From: Camelus dromedarius
Lineage: Eukaryota
Length of the DNA stretch: 64,000 nt
Assembly (NCBI RefSeq): GCF_036321535.1
Contig: NC_087447.1
Span: 51,276,001-51,340,000 of the forward strand
Direction: 5' to 3'
Shown here: piece by piece, positions 1 through 12,984 of the stretch
How positions within the stretch are numbered: the first letter of the stretch is position 1
Layout: the number at the start of each line of letters is the position of its first letter
Program-made: the position numbers and the translations under genes
The notes under the pieces: model-generated
Told to the model about the DNA's origin: nothing
Database searches by the model: none
Seen by the model: only the letters and a program-made list of their open reading frames with translations

Positions 1-719
1 CTACCCGGGGGTATTAAGAAATGGCATTTGAGCTGGATCTTACAGGATAAGTGAGTTTAAAAAGAAGGAAGAGAAAAAAGACCTACCACTCACAAGCCTT
101 GTTGAACCCAGCCCAGAGTGAGTCAGTCACTTTGAATTCATCGTTCCATATAACCCTCTTTTTTATAAATAAGGAAGCTGTGACTCAAAGAGGTTAATAA
201 TGTGACAATGTCACACAATTTCATACAATAGGAAACAATCCACAGGATCCACTGTAGACAGTGTAAGCATAAAAATATTTATTTCAGGGTATGAAATCAC
301 ATGAAGGATCACTGGGAATTCTAAAGATAAAAACTTCAGGCTGAGCTTTCAGGAGTGACCCCTAAGTCCTACTGGTGGGAGCCACCAAGGGAACTGCAGC
401 CCTCCCACAATTAGGAAGCCTCTCTCAAGGCTGCTGACTCCAGAACCCTGCCATCTTCTGCAGTTCTTACCAGCACAAATGGTTACATTCTGCACTGCCC
501 CTCGCCCCACTAACTCAGTTCCAAACTCAGGTCTTGCAAGAGTATATCTGACTTGTGGACCCTCACTGGAAACAAGTCTGGGAAATGTGATTTGGTTTTC
601 CAGGCTCCAGTACAGGAAGACATACCAAAAGGCAGTTGCACTGGATGTTAAGTAACACCGTACAACACTTCTGCCACATTCAGTTTGATGGGCTTAAGAA
701 CATTGATTAAAAAACACTA

Positions 720-1160
720 AAATGATTGATAATGCCAATTGTATGGACACTCTCATACACTAGTGGTGGAAGTCTAAACTGATATACACTTATTGGAAAG
801 TACTTTGACAGCATCTACTAATATTAAAAGCATATTTCCACTATGACCCAGCAATACCACTTTTACGAGTCTATTCTATCAAGAAAAAAAAATAGCACAA
901 ATGCATGAAGTTCAACAATGTTTACTGCAGTCCTGTGGCTACACAAATCTGGAAGCAGACTAATGTCCATCCATAGGTGACTAATTAAATAAACAAATGA
1001 TACGCCTATATAGCAGAATACTATGCAGGTGTTAAAAGGAAGTAAGTGGATCTCTATGTACTGTCCTAAAAAGATGTCTTTCATATGTTGTTGAGCACAA
1101 ACAAAACAAAACACAAGTTGCAAGTTTGTATAATATGATCTCATTTTTTGTTTTTTAAAA
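720..1160 (+). mobile_element. Old L1 (L1ME-like) 3' ORF2/3'UTR fragment
   Basis: Degenerate L1 motifs: CTCTCATACACTAGTGGTGGAAG, CTATGACCCAGCAATACCACTT, TAATGTCCATC. Confidence 0.65.
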
Positions 1161-1395
1161 TGGAGGCAAATATGTCAACATAAATATACGAAAATTTGTT
1201 GAGAGTGCTTATTTCTTGGGAACTGGAAGGATGAAGATAGCAGGACTTTTGTAGACTTTATATAATTTTTTAAAGCTGGGGATTATAGGTAAGATTTGCT
1301 TTTCTTGGTTGTGATTTTCAGTATTTTACTTATACATGTATGTGTGTGTATCTGTGTGTTTTGAACTTTTTTTAAAGGATAATCTAATAAATTTT

Positions 1396-1945
1396 AAATT
1401 TTTTATTGAAGTATAGTTGATATATAATACTATGTTAGTTTCAAGGGTATTACATAGTGATCTGACAATCAAATACATTACAAAATGATCTCCACAACAA
1501 GTCTAGTAACCACCTGCCACAATACAAAATTACTACAGTATTACTGACTGTAGTCCCCATGGTGTATATTACATCCCCATGACTTATTTATTTTATAACT
1601 GGAAGTTTGTATCTCTTAATCCCCTTCACTTATTTCACTGCACTTCCCCACCTCTAGCAACCACCAGTTTGCTCTCTGTATCTATGTCTGCTTCTGTTTT
1701 GTTTTGTTTGTTCATTTGTTTTGTTTTTTAGATTCTACATATAAGTGAGATCATACAATGTTTTTAGATTCTACATATAAGTGAGATCATACAATAGGTC
1801 TTTGTCTGACCTATTTCATTTAGTTTAATACCCTCTAGGTCCATTCATATTGTCATAAATGGCAAGATTTCATTCTTTTTTATGGCTGAGTAATATTGCA
1901 TTGTATGTATATACCACATCTTCTTTATCCATTCATCTATCAATG
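1396..1945 (-). mobile_element. L1 3' end (laurasiatherian L1MA9-like)
   Basis: T-run then ATTGAAGTATAGTTG; TAGATTCTACATATAAGTGAGATCATAC; TTTATGGCTGAGTAATATT; TTTATCCATTCATC (antisense L1 tail). Confidence 0.85.
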
Positions 1946-2319
1946 GAAACTTCCTAGAAATAAAAATAAAAACTGAAGTGGGTGGCTCTCCAGTAGGTAA
2001 GGTAGAAGGTCCATGCTGAGATCCAAATCTGCAGGACCAGTCAGAGCTGATGTACCTCGACCCTGCCCCGCTGGGTGGAGGACCAAGACCAAGGTGGGAT
2101 GCCTTTGAGATGCGTGAATATCTGCAAGTTCATGGAGGGGAAGGTGTGGCCAGGTCCTATCTCTCCATAGAGATGAGTCTGCCACGAGAGCCTACTGTGG
2201 GCTGAGCATGGTAATAGGTACTAGGGTTATAAATATAATCCTTGTTGTGAAAATGTTTACTGTCCAAAGAACAATAATAGCAATGAAAATTTATATCTGA
2301 AATCATAATTTTTACATAG

Positions 2320-2520
2320 ATCTGTATAGTCCTTAACAACTTACAAAAACACTTTTCTTCTTTTTACTTGATTCTCTCAACAGCCCTGTGAGGAAGCCAG
2401 GGCAAGAGTCATGTTCGCATTTTACAGATTAGGAAACTGAGCCCCAGAAGAGAAAGTGCGTATAAAAACAGCATTTTACCAACCACTTCATAACTATTAA
2501 TTAGTTCACTAGGGACAAAG
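2320..2520 (-). mobile_element. MIR SINE fragment
   Basis: MIR core CATTTTACAGATTAGGAAACTGAG. Confidence 0.6.
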
Positions 2521-3044
2521 CTGGGCCTAGGAGAAGGGCCCGGGGAGAGCAGTACAGGGCTCGGGCATTGTGTGGGGGGAGTTCCTATGATGCGTTCAGC
2601 TGCTTGATCCAAGAATTCCATGTAACTCAACAACATGAAGGGGGCCAGTGTGTTCTATTCCAAAGGACAAGGCTGTTCAGTACATCAGTATGAGAAGAAT
2701 GAAAGGATGTCTACCTTGCTATGCCCTCTGACACTTAGTCCTACTGTCCTGTGTCATTTTGCATTTTTTGACTTTGAACTAGTGTTCACATTGTTGTATT
2801 TAAGTGTTTTGTTTTGCTTTTCACTCGAATATTTATCTCTATGATGGCAAGAATACTTAATCCTTTGGTGTCTTCTAAGACTATGTCTCTTTTATTTTTT
2901 TTAACTGCCACCTTCAGTAAGACTACAACTTATGTATACAGTGGAAACAAGTCTTATACAACAGTGCTTATCCTTAATCTGTGCAATGTACCTTGATATT
3001 TTCTATTGTATTCTATATAATTTCACTTTTTACTAGTCTCTTAA

Positions 3045-3300
3045 AAGCAATCCAGGATTGGATCCTAGAACAGAAAAAACATATTAGTGAAAAAACAGGA
3101 GAAAGCCAAATAAAATCTATAGTTTAGTTAATAATCTTGTGCCAATATTAATCTCTTGGTTTTGACAAATGTACCAGGTTATGTAAGATGTTAACATTAG
3201 AGGAAGCATGGGTGAAAATAGGTAGGAACTTTCTGAGGTATCTTTGCAACTTATCTGTAAATCTGAAGTTATTCCAAAAGAAAAAGTTTTTAAAAAAAAA
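3045..3300 (+). mobile_element. L1MC/L1ME-type 3' terminus
   Basis: GGATTGGATCCTAGAACAG...TTTGACAAATGTACC...GTAAGATGTTAACATTAG...TCTGTAAATCT, then A-tail. Confidence 0.75.
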
Positions 3301-3311
3301 CAACCAAATGC

Positions 3312-3630
3312 AGGGTGTAGGAGATGGTGAAATGCGTGAAGGGGGTCAAAAGGTACAAACTTTCAGTCATAAAATAAATAAATCATGAGGATGTAATGTA
3401 CAGCATGGCAACTATGGTTAATAACACTGTATTGTATATTTGAAAATTGCTAAGAGAGTAAATCTTAAAAATCCTCAACACAAGAAAAAAAATGTGTAGC
3501 TATGTATGGGGACGGATGTTAATTAGACTTATTGTGGTGATCATTTCACAATATATACAAATATTAAACCATGATGTTGTACACCTGAAACCAATACAAT
3601 GCTATATATCAATAATACCTCAATAACAAA
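3312..3630 (+). mobile_element. L1MA9-like 3' terminus
   Basis: GGTCAAAAGGTACAAACTTTCAG...TGCTAAGAGAGTAAATCTTAA...GTACACCTGAAAC; homologous to 20805-21118. Confidence 0.85.
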
Positions 3631-4459
3631 TGAATAATTAAATAAGTAACCTACATAAACATGAAAAAAAAAGTTCTAGCCTTGATGATTTAAACTGATT
3701 TCATGAAACACTACTCAGGGGTTGCAGTTCACACTGACAGTTGCAGGTGTTGGCTCTCGTTTTGGATAATGCTGATGGGAACAGTCGTGCTGATGCATGA
3801 AAGCCCAGGATGGCTCTTTCTCTACTTCTCATCCCTCCCATGAGCCATAGCCGACCTCTCTCCGAGCCCTTGGCCATTTCTGTCTTGTCTTCTGCTCATT
3901 TTTATCTATATGGCCTGTCTTTGAAGGGCTCTTCTTGCCTGAATCATCGTAGACCTTTAAAGGGATACATGATATATATGTGTTAAGTAAATGTCGGAAG
4001 GAATGGCTGTTTTAACACCCTTGCCTGTTAATTTTTCTGCCTCTTCAAATTGTAAGAAATTTTGGACTATACATAGAAATCTAATATAAAGGCTTTTCTA
4101 AAAGTCTTAGGTGAAATAAAAATTTTCAAACTTGGCAGACAGTCTTCCTTGATAAAAGCCTTCGCGATCATCTTTGGGACTTTCAATAACAAAAGAACAA
4201 CTCCTATGAAAAAGGTTTAAAATTTTTTTAAACTTAAAACTTTTATTATTATTTTATTTCATAAGTGACACTCATTCACTACTGGAAAAAAATTTAAAAA
4301 TGGATGAAAATAAAAAATCTAAAAGGTCACCTATAATCCTACCATAAATAACTATTATTAAAATTTTAATACATAACCCTTTTCATTATCTACACACACT
4401 TAAATAAATAAAACTATTTTAAAATAAATGGTCATATTATTCATACAATTTTAGAGGTG

Positions 4460-4790
4460 TCTTTCCTGAGGCTGTTCCCTCATCCTGCAATGCATTTCCT
4501 CCTCTTGGTCATCACCTGAATATGTCCTGCTCATCTTTCTAGACTCAACACATGATCCCCACTCTGGAAACCTTTTCTGCCCTTTCTGCCTTCCTCTACC
4601 CTAGATAGATTAGGTACTACCTTGGCTTTCCAATGAGTCTTTAGTTACCTTTTTATTACACTTTGTGTCTTAATTAGTTGTTTACATGTCTGTCTGTCTC
4701 AACAGTCAGGGAGCTCCTCAATAGCAGGGATAATGGCCACAGCAGGTTTTGTTGAATGGTATAGGGATGGATGGAGGGATGGAGGAACAG
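4460..4790 (+). mobile_element. L2 3' fragment
   Basis: Pyrimidine-rich L2 body, GGGAGCTCCTCAATAGCAGGGA, ending TTGTTGAATG and GGAT repeats. Confidence 0.55.
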
Positions 4791-6019
4791 TGCACAGTGA
4801 GAGACACGTGACTTTTCATCTGCTGTGAAGAACATCCTTAGCCTTTTAGCCCTGCAGCCTCAGCCTCAGCTACGTTGCCATGGAAGAGTGACTGGGAGAG
4901 GGAATAAGGACGATGCCATCGCCTCATTACTGGAGGCTACAAAGATAACTCAAATGCCGGTCATCTCCACAAGGAAATTTTCCAAGTCCCATCAAAGTTT
5001 TGTGCCAAGTCCTGGACTCTGGCCCCTCATTCATGGGAGAGGCAGCAGACTGGCCCAACTATTCTGAAAACTAAGCATCAGGGGACCCAATTTTCAGCCT
5101 GTTATGTGATAAACTTGCTATGCATGGCTTTGCACATGCTACTCCCCTGCCATGGGTCTTGTTTCCTCACTTTACAATACAAGGATTAGAATGGGTGGTC
5201 TCTCATTCTCCTTTCAGCACTCACCTTCTGTGGTCTCATGATTTACTCACCATTGATCTCACTCAGAGAAGACATGGGACAGAGTTCATAGGCAGTGAAC
5301 ATTAACCACCTTACCTAAACTGGGCTCACTGCCACTATCTCACCAGAAGCCCTTGGGCAAATCTTACGTCCCAGGGCCTCAGTTTCCTCATCTAGAATGG
5401 AAAGATTGGGCCAGGTTTTACACGATGAATTCACACCCAGGGGACTATAAATGCAACCTATACCAGCTCCCTAATACAAAGAGAGTATTCTACTTAAAGG
5501 TGAGCATTCAGAGTCTCTGAAACTATACTAAGGCTGCATTAGTTGATGTTCTTTGCTCAATGTATTCTCAGAGGCCACCATTTTGCACTGAAATGTTTTA
5601 GTTTTTACAAAAATCACTCTGACTTTGGGCAAAGCAGTTCCCAAACTCATTCCATAGGTTACTACCAGATCACAGTGATTTTCAGAGATGCCAAAAAATA
5701 AGAAAACTATTAACATCAATACTGCAACTGCTGCTAAATTCTCAATTGCTTCAGAACTTTTCACCTTTACTCATAAAATGACACAGTTTAGAGTTATCTA
5801 ATGGTTGGAACTCACTATAAATATTACTGTACCATCAAGCTTGAACCTAATTTTCCATTAGAAAAACACTATAGCTATTGCATTAGTTATAGTGGAATTA
5901 TTAGCCACCAATATGAAATTTCAGTAATGAGCAAAAGTTTGGGAAAGCATTTTTCCCATAACAAAGGGTTAATATATATACATATAAAGAACAGGGAGAA
6001 GACAGGAAGGAAATGCATA

Positions 6020-7230
6020 AAAACATTAATAATATATGAAAAGTTGCTCAATATCATTAGCCATTAGGGAAATACAAGTTAAAACCATTATGAAATATCA
6101 CTACATACTTGTTAGAATGTAAAATACTAAAAAGACCAAGCCACATGTTAGCAAGAATTTAGAAGAACTGAAATCTCATATACTACAAATTGTAATGTAA
6201 AATGTACACTAGATTGGAGAATGGTTTCTTAAAAGACAGTTTGGAAGTGTCTTAAAAAGTTAAATATATCATATACTTACAATATGATCTAGTCATTCCA
6301 ATTCAAGATATTTGCTAAAGAGAAAATATATGAAAGCTATACATCCATAGAAAGTCTCATACATGAACATTCATAGCAGCTTTATTTGTAACAGCCAAAC
6401 ACTAAAGATAAACTTTTGGGAGTGATGTGTATCTTGGTTGGGGCAATGGCTCCATGTGTGTATGTATATGTATGTCAAAACTTATCCAATTGTACAAATT
6501 CTCATCAATGAGTGAATGGATGAACAATGGATAAATACTGAGGTATAGCCATACAGTGGGATACTAGTCAGCAATAAAAAGGAATGAACAATTTACGAAT
6601 CTCAACATAATTATGCTGAGTGAAAGAAGCCAGACAAAAAAGAATACATAGTGTATGATTCCACTGATAAAAAAAATTCTAGAAAATGTGAACTAATCTG
6701 CAGTGACAGAAAGGAGGTCAGTTGTTGCCTGGGGATGGGAAAGTGGGAGGGAGAGATCACAAAGGGCACTGAGCAGCTTCAAGGTGGTGAAACAGAAGAA
6801 TGCAGAGCTCATCCTCTCCCACAAAATACATCTACATGTGGAACAGTTCTCACAGAATACCTACTGACCTCTGGCAGAAGATCTCATACAAGTGGAAAGG
6901 AATGAAAATCATCACGAAATCAGATAAACAAGGTCTTAATGCCTATAATGAAAAAGAATATGAAAAGGAATATATATATGTATAACTGAATCATTATGCT
7001 GTACATGAGAAATTAACACAACATTGTAAACCGACTATACTTCAATAAAAGAAATTTCTAGTTAATTTAAGAAAAAACAAAGGGCACTGAAAACTTTGGG
7101 AGTGATGGATATGTTTATAGTCCTGATTATGACAATGGCTTCACCTATATATACATATATATATGCCAACACTTATCAAATTGTACACTTTATGTAAGTC
7201 TATTTAAAATAAACTATGTATTAATAAAAT
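6020..7230 (+). mobile_element. L1MC-like ORF2 end/3'UTR, interrupted by a younger insert at 6773-7076
   Basis: CATTAGCCATTAGGGAAATACAAG; AGCAATAAAAAGGAATGAAC; ATGCTGAGTGAAAGAAGCCAGAC; tail resumes at 7091. Confidence 0.8.
6773..7076 (+). mobile_element. Short bipartite L1 derivative (5'UTR head fused to 3'UTR tail) with 14-bp TSD
   Basis: ACAAAGGGCACTGA at 6759-6772 and 7077-7090; head resembles the L1 5' end at 33521; tail resembles L1 tails at 36590-36700 and 57480-57600. Confidence 0.75.
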
Positions 7231-7400
7231 TATAAAAAACATATGATTATAAATATCAATGCATAAGCATATTATACATTATATTTATTATGTATGTATA
7301 TCAACATCAATACATATATAAATAAAAATATAATAATAAATATAATAAAATATTAAATAGGCTTATTTAAACTAAACTGAAGTTTATTTTATTATTAACC
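7230..7400. repeat. AT-rich low-complexity tract
   Basis: Almost entirely A/T (TATATAAATAAAAATATAATAATAAATATAATAAAA). Confidence 0.7.
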
Positions 7401-7650
7401 CTGGTTTAAAAACAAAAGACAGAGGGAATAAGAGCTCAACCATTCTCAGTGCTTATCTGTGAGGAAAATACAATAATGCAATTTACATATTCTTGCAGAG
7501 GGGCTGCTCCATGGGACAACTCACACATTGACTTATGAAACAGGAGTATTCATCAAAACAGCCAGGTAAATGGGAATGTTAATTTATGTTAGCTGATACG
7601 GTCCTGAGTCTATACTGCTGCCTAAGACATTAAGTTGATATATACTGGCA

Positions 7651-7684
7651 CCACACACACACACGCATGCATGCATGCACACAC
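7651..7684. repeat. (CA)n/(CATG)n alternating purine-pyrimidine microsatellite
   Basis: CACACACACACACGCATGCATGCATGCACACAC. Confidence 0.85.
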
Positions 7685-8199
7685 AGCACTGGGCTTTCAG
7701 GCATTTTTGTCTTCTACAGACAAAAGAGACACATCCTGGTTAATGTATCTTGCCCCCTTGACTTTTTCTTGCACTTGCTTTGCAAATCCACCGCTCTGCA
7801 TCAACCAACACTTCCAGTCTCTGTTTCTACACCTGGGTCTGAGAGTGACTGGAAAACCATTAAACACACCTATATTAGATAAGCAAGCTCTGACCATAAA
7901 TGAGTGAAAGAAGTTTGTTCATTTAGAAAAACTAGTTGTAATCAGTTCATAAAAGTGAAAACCTGTGAACAGAGATTCATATAGCAATGTGAATGTAGGT
8001 AACTCAGATTACATACATCTGGGGACCCTCCTCCTCTGAAAGGTTGAGATAAAATTGGCTTGGACTCCTCTCCAACTCTGTATCTTGTGCAAATCCAAAA
8101 CCCACTCAAGATTGCAGTTCTTTTCTAGTGACCTTCTGTTACCATAATCACCTGGCCTCTGGGCTCCTGGCTCCACATCCTTCCCTCTGTTCTGTGTGC

Positions 8200-8912
8200 A
8201 TGGATCCAAATCAAACCTATTTTGTTTCAACCCCAACTGTTCCAACATCCTCTGGTGTGCTGCAATTCTAACACTAAGCACAGAGGTATTGTCAGATTCC
8301 ACAGCTTTAAAGGCAGGGTCCCCAACAAGACTTCCCCCACTTCAGACACCAGTAGCAAATGGGGTCCCTGGTCACCCATACTTCTGACTATAACTGGCTA
8401 CAAAACCAAGGGGTTCCTAGAGCCCTCCTCAGGTTCTATAACTCACTAGACTGACAAAAAACTGAAGACAGCACTATGCTTACAACTACAAAGGATACAA
8501 ATCAGCCCAGCCAACTGAAGAGACACAGAGCAAGGTCAGGGAGAGTCCTGAATACAGATGGAATGAGGGCACCTCATCTTCCCAACATGTATTTACCAAC
8601 CAGGAGCTCCACTGACTTTTGCTGTCCAAAGTTTTATTGCAATTTCCTTGATTAAATCATGGACCATGTGCATGAACTCAATCTCCAATCTGTCTCACTT
8701 CCCTGGAGGTTGAGCTGGCTCCAGATCCCAACCTTCTAATCAGTGGCTGGTCTTTCTGGTGACCAGTCTCTGTCCTGAAGCTAGGTAGGGTCCCACCATG
8801 AGTCCTCTTATTAGCATAAACTCAGGAGTGATCCAAGGGACTCATGAATAAAAAAGGCACTTTTGTTTCTCAGGAAACTCCAAAGGTTTTAGAAGCTTCA
8901 TGCCAGAAACCC
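8200..8912 (-). mobile_element. MER21-family LTR
   Basis: CAAGACTTCCCCCACTTCAGACACCAG; TTAGCATAAACTCAGG; CAAAGGTTTTAGAAGCTTCATGCCAG; homologous to 22455-23184. Confidence 0.75.
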
Positions 8913-8989
8913 TGCAAATTACTTTTGGAACTTCTCAATGACTTGAGCAGGGCTGACCCCATCCTATTACAGTGATCCAAACAAGTGAC

Positions 8990-9340
8990 TAAACACAGAT
9001 AATCCCTGCATTCCATCTCCCTGGCCAGACTGCTACTTGGGGACAGGCTTGTGGGAACTCTCAGTGAGTGAAGGACGCTTGCCCCTGGGGTCACTGAGCT
9101 GACAGAAAGGTCAGCCTAGCATTGCTAGTGCCCATCTTTGCCACTACAAGTGAAGAGCCTGCTTCAGAGTGAATCAAGACAAAGGAAAACATAATCAAGA
9201 GATGGTGAGAGAACTAACGTGGATGCCGAAGGCTGAGTCCCTGAATCCAACCATGTCTAACTAGATAGCTGGGTTTTTCCCTTAAACCAGATTGAGCTAA
9301 ATTTCTGTCATTTGCAGTTGCAAGAGCGCTGACCAATACC
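8990..9340 (+). mobile_element. MaLR LTR (MLT1J/K-like)
   Basis: Typical 3' end CCTTAAACCAGATTGAGCTAAATTTCTGTCATTTGCA...CTGACCAATAC. Confidence 0.65.
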
Positions 9341-10744
9341 TTCTTTCTTCCTGCTCCTTTTCACAAGGAATAAACCACATTCCTCTCTTTGCTTCTCCAA
9401 AGCAGCTTCCCCTTGTCTAAGCTGGGCATCTGCTGACATCTGTGCCTGCAGGGCATTTCAAAGACTTTTCAGAAAGACAGCTTCCTCCATATGACATAGA
9501 TTGCTGCCAACCATTATGAAAACCTTTTTCACTTTGTAACAAAAATATTTATATAATTGAGACTGTACTGTATGTACCATTTCTTATCTGCTTTTTTCAA
9601 ATTTCAATCGACAAATATTTTTAAAACTGTATGCTAGTCATATACTAGGCAACTAGCATTCTATGTTAAGAATTTTCCCATGTCATTGAAAAGATTTTAC
9701 AAATGTCATTTATTATTTTTAACCAGCACAAAATATACAAGCATATATACTTTTTTTTTTTTTTAAGATTTCATTCTTTTAGAGCAGTTTTAGGTTCACA
9801 GCAAAATGGAGGGAAAGGTACAGAGATTTCTCATATACTCCCTGTCCTCTTACAGATAGTTTTTAAACTAAACCTTATTATAGAACATTTAGCTTGTTTC
9901 CAAGTTTTATGAATAATGAAAGACACATAATGCCATTTAAATCTCTCATCATTTCCTTAGTATAGATTCTCAGAAGTAGAACTTCTGTGAAAACTTCATG
10001 CTTTACCCCCCATAAAAAATGCAGAAAAAAATTGACCAATCACTGCTGTAGTAGAGCATCTGACCCCACAGAGCCTGGAGAGATCTGGCCTAAAGTGCCT
10101 TCAGATAGCACAAGAATCATGCTGCTCGAGAGCTTCCTGTTTCCTCTGAGTGCCCCTCCTCAGCTGTCCTTAAGAGGCTAGGGACTGACCAACAGCCTCC
10201 AACCTCTACCATGCAGCAGGCAGCCTATCAACCCAAGATACCTCTGGCAGCCTAGTGCACATATCTGCTTGTAGGAAATGTTTGAAAAAAATGGTGTTCA
10301 GGGCAAGCCTGAAAGGGAATAGATGCCAAAACATGATTAGTTGGGCTAATCAGGATCCAGTTTTCATTTTAAAGTCTTTTTTCCCCTACTTTTCTTTATT
10401 CTCCTTAATAAGCATGTGTGATTTATAATGAAAAAAATAATTTATTGGAGAAAACAACAATAAAATGAGTTTTTCAAATTCAGTATGAGACTGGAGGTAA
10501 TCTTCTGGTTCCTGGAAAAGCAGCTGTGAGCTATCTGGCTTGGCAATGCTTCCTACAAATCACTGGCTGACTCAGAAAAATACATATGCACTTTAGTCAC
10601 CCAAAGGACAGGCTGATTCCCCTGGGGCCACCACAAAGGGGAATTGATGACTGTCTTCCAGACCTAGAAGATGGCTCCAAACTGCAACATGTGAAAATAA
10701 GGGGTGGGTCTAACACCAGATAGTGGGAGACTCTGAAACAAAGA

Positions 10745-10885
10745 TTTTTGACTTATTGCCAGAACTTCCTAGCAGTCAGAGTAGCCCAAAGATAAAACCA
10801 GCTGTTCCAGGAGGTGATGACCTCCCCATCCTGTGAAGTGTTAAAGCACACGCTGGAGGCCAGTTGTCCTGGGTGGTGTGGCAGG
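10745..10885 (+). mobile_element. L3/CR1 3' fragment
   Basis: AGAACTTCCTAGCAGTCAGAG...GGAGGTGATGACCTCCCCATCCTGTGAAGTGTTAAAGCA..GCTGGA. Confidence 0.6.
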
Positions 10886-10905
10886 GATCCAAGTGCAAGA
10901 CAGGA

Positions 10906-11573
10906 CAGTGGTTCTCAATCTTCTTGGTCTCAGGACTCTTTTACACTCTTAAAAATTACTGAGGATCCCAAAGAGCACTGTTTATACAAGTTCTATCTAT
11001 CAATATGTACTATATTAGAAATTAAAACTGAGAAAAATCTAAACACTAACTTATTTTAAGATAACCTTAGTAATTCCTTTGCACGTTAACATAAAGGACA
11101 GATTTCTATGGAAAATAGCTATATTTACTCAAACAAAAAATTAGCAAGAAGAGAAGCATTGCTTATTCTCTTACCTCTTTACTATCTTGATTAATAGAAC
11201 ACATCTGGATGCTTATATCTACTTCTCCACTTAATCCGTTGCAGTGTGTGCTTTGGGCTTTAGTATAATGAAGAAAATACATCCTCCTATATGTAATTGG
11301 AAAAGGGAGGTTTTAACTGCTTTTTCAGAGAAGTATGGATATTTTCCTTTGATGTTACACCCAACATTTGTCTAGTGTGAGTTTCTTCAAGGTTGGTTGC
11401 AATGTGGAACCACATCAATGAACCTTTCATGCTCTGTACACTTAAGTGATGATGAGACTGACAGAAGCAAATAACATCTTGGTATTATTATGAAAATAGT
11501 TTTGACTTCAGAGACATCCTGAAGGAGTCCTAGGGACCTCTATGGGTTCCTGGGTCATATTTGAGAATTGCTG
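10906..11573. mobile_element. hAT-Charlie1-type DNA transposon, internally deleted
   Basis: TIRs CAGTGGTTCTCAA ... TTGAGAATTGCTG; Charlie1 end GGTCTCAGGACTCTTTTACACTCTTAAAAATTACTGAGGA. Confidence 0.8.
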
Positions 11574-11944
11574 AAGTAGGGACTTGAAATAGGAGACTGT
11601 TGAGCTGTTTATTCATTGCATACCCATGCACTGAGCACCTGTATTAAGCACATGGGATTCAACTATAACAGAGATACAGACCCAGTGCCCAAAGAGATCA
11701 CAATTGAACCATAAAAAAGAAAAAACTCTTACTGAGTGCTTGCCATTTTCCAAGTTATATATCAAGTATTTTACATACATTACTTCAAAAAACTTTTATA
11801 AAGTTACCTATTTTTTCAGATGAAGAAACTGAAACTTAGAGAAGTTATATACCTTACACCAGGTCACACAGCCTGGTAAAGCCAGGATTTAGAGTCAAAA
11901 TTAGAACAATTAGGTTAAGTTCCTTCTCTTTATATTTAAAAAAG

Positions 11945-12700
11945 TTTCTTTCATGGTAAAATATAAATAACTTAGAATTTACCATTTAAACCATTTTTAA
12001 GTGTACAGTTTAATGATATGAAGCACATTCACAGTAGTTATCTTTTAGTATCTGTCAGGATTGGTTCCAGGAACCCCTTCCCCAGGATACGAAAATCAAA
12101 TCCCTTATATAAAATGGCATTATATTCACATACAACCTATGCACATAGTCCCCTATGCTTTAAATCACCTCTAAATTACTTATAATACCTAGTACAATGT
12201 AAATGCCATGTATATAGTTGTAAGTACAATGTAAATGCTATGTAAATAGTTGCTGGGGTCGACATATTTATGGTTTGCTTTTTGGAACTTTCTGGAATTT
12301 TTTTTCCAAATACTTTCTATCCACAGTTGATTGAATCCATGGATGCAGAATCCATGGATGTGAAACACACAGATACAGAGGGCAACTGTATTATACGAAC
12401 ATCATCTCTATCCATCTCCAGAACTTCTTCCATCATCCCAAACAAAAACTCTGTACCCATCTCCCTTTCCCTTAGCACCTGGTAACTAGTATTCTACCTT
12501 GTCTCTGAATTTGCCTATTCTAGGTACTTCACATAAATGGAATCACACAACATTTGCCTTTTGGTGTCTGGCTTATTATACGTAGCATAATGTTTTCAAG
12601 GTTCCTCCACAAAGTACTTCATTTTCTTTTAAGGTTGAATAATATCCTATTGTATGTGTATATCATATCACATTTTGCTTATTCATTCATCTGTTGATTC
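11945..12700 (-). mobile_element. L1MB-like 3' end split by MER2
   Basis: AATTTACCATTTAAACCATTTTTAAGTGTACAGTT; resumes at 12391 with TCCAGAACTTCTTCCATCATCCCAAAC. Confidence 0.8.
12032..12388. mobile_element. MER2 (TcMar-Tigger MITE)
   Basis: CAGT...GATTGGTTCCAGGAACCCC; TCCCTTATATAAAATGGC; TTACTTATAATACCTA; ends GATACAGAGGGCAACTG followed by TA. Confidence 0.85.
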
Positions 12701-12984
12701 AAGATGCTTCTCAGTACATCTTAAATAAACAATTACAATGCTCTGTGATAGAGGTAAGTATAGGTTCTAAAAGGGAGTGACAGAGGAGAAGCAAAAATAC
12801 AGCTTGGGCTGGGGCAGTCAGAAACTGGTGCCTGAGCAGAGGTTTGAAGGATGGTTGGGAGACATCCAGGAAAAAGGTAGGAAAGGGAGGAACCAAGGCC
12901 TGGAGGCATAAGAAAGAGAACTACAGCCAGCCACACGGGGCTGAGTCAGGTGTGTGTGGAAGAGGGGCAAGAAGTGAGGCTAAA

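Noticed and set aside
3680..3740. C/D box snoRNA (TGATGA...CTGA)
   Set aside because: Imperfect C box, no terminal stem and no recognisable rRNA-antisense guide.
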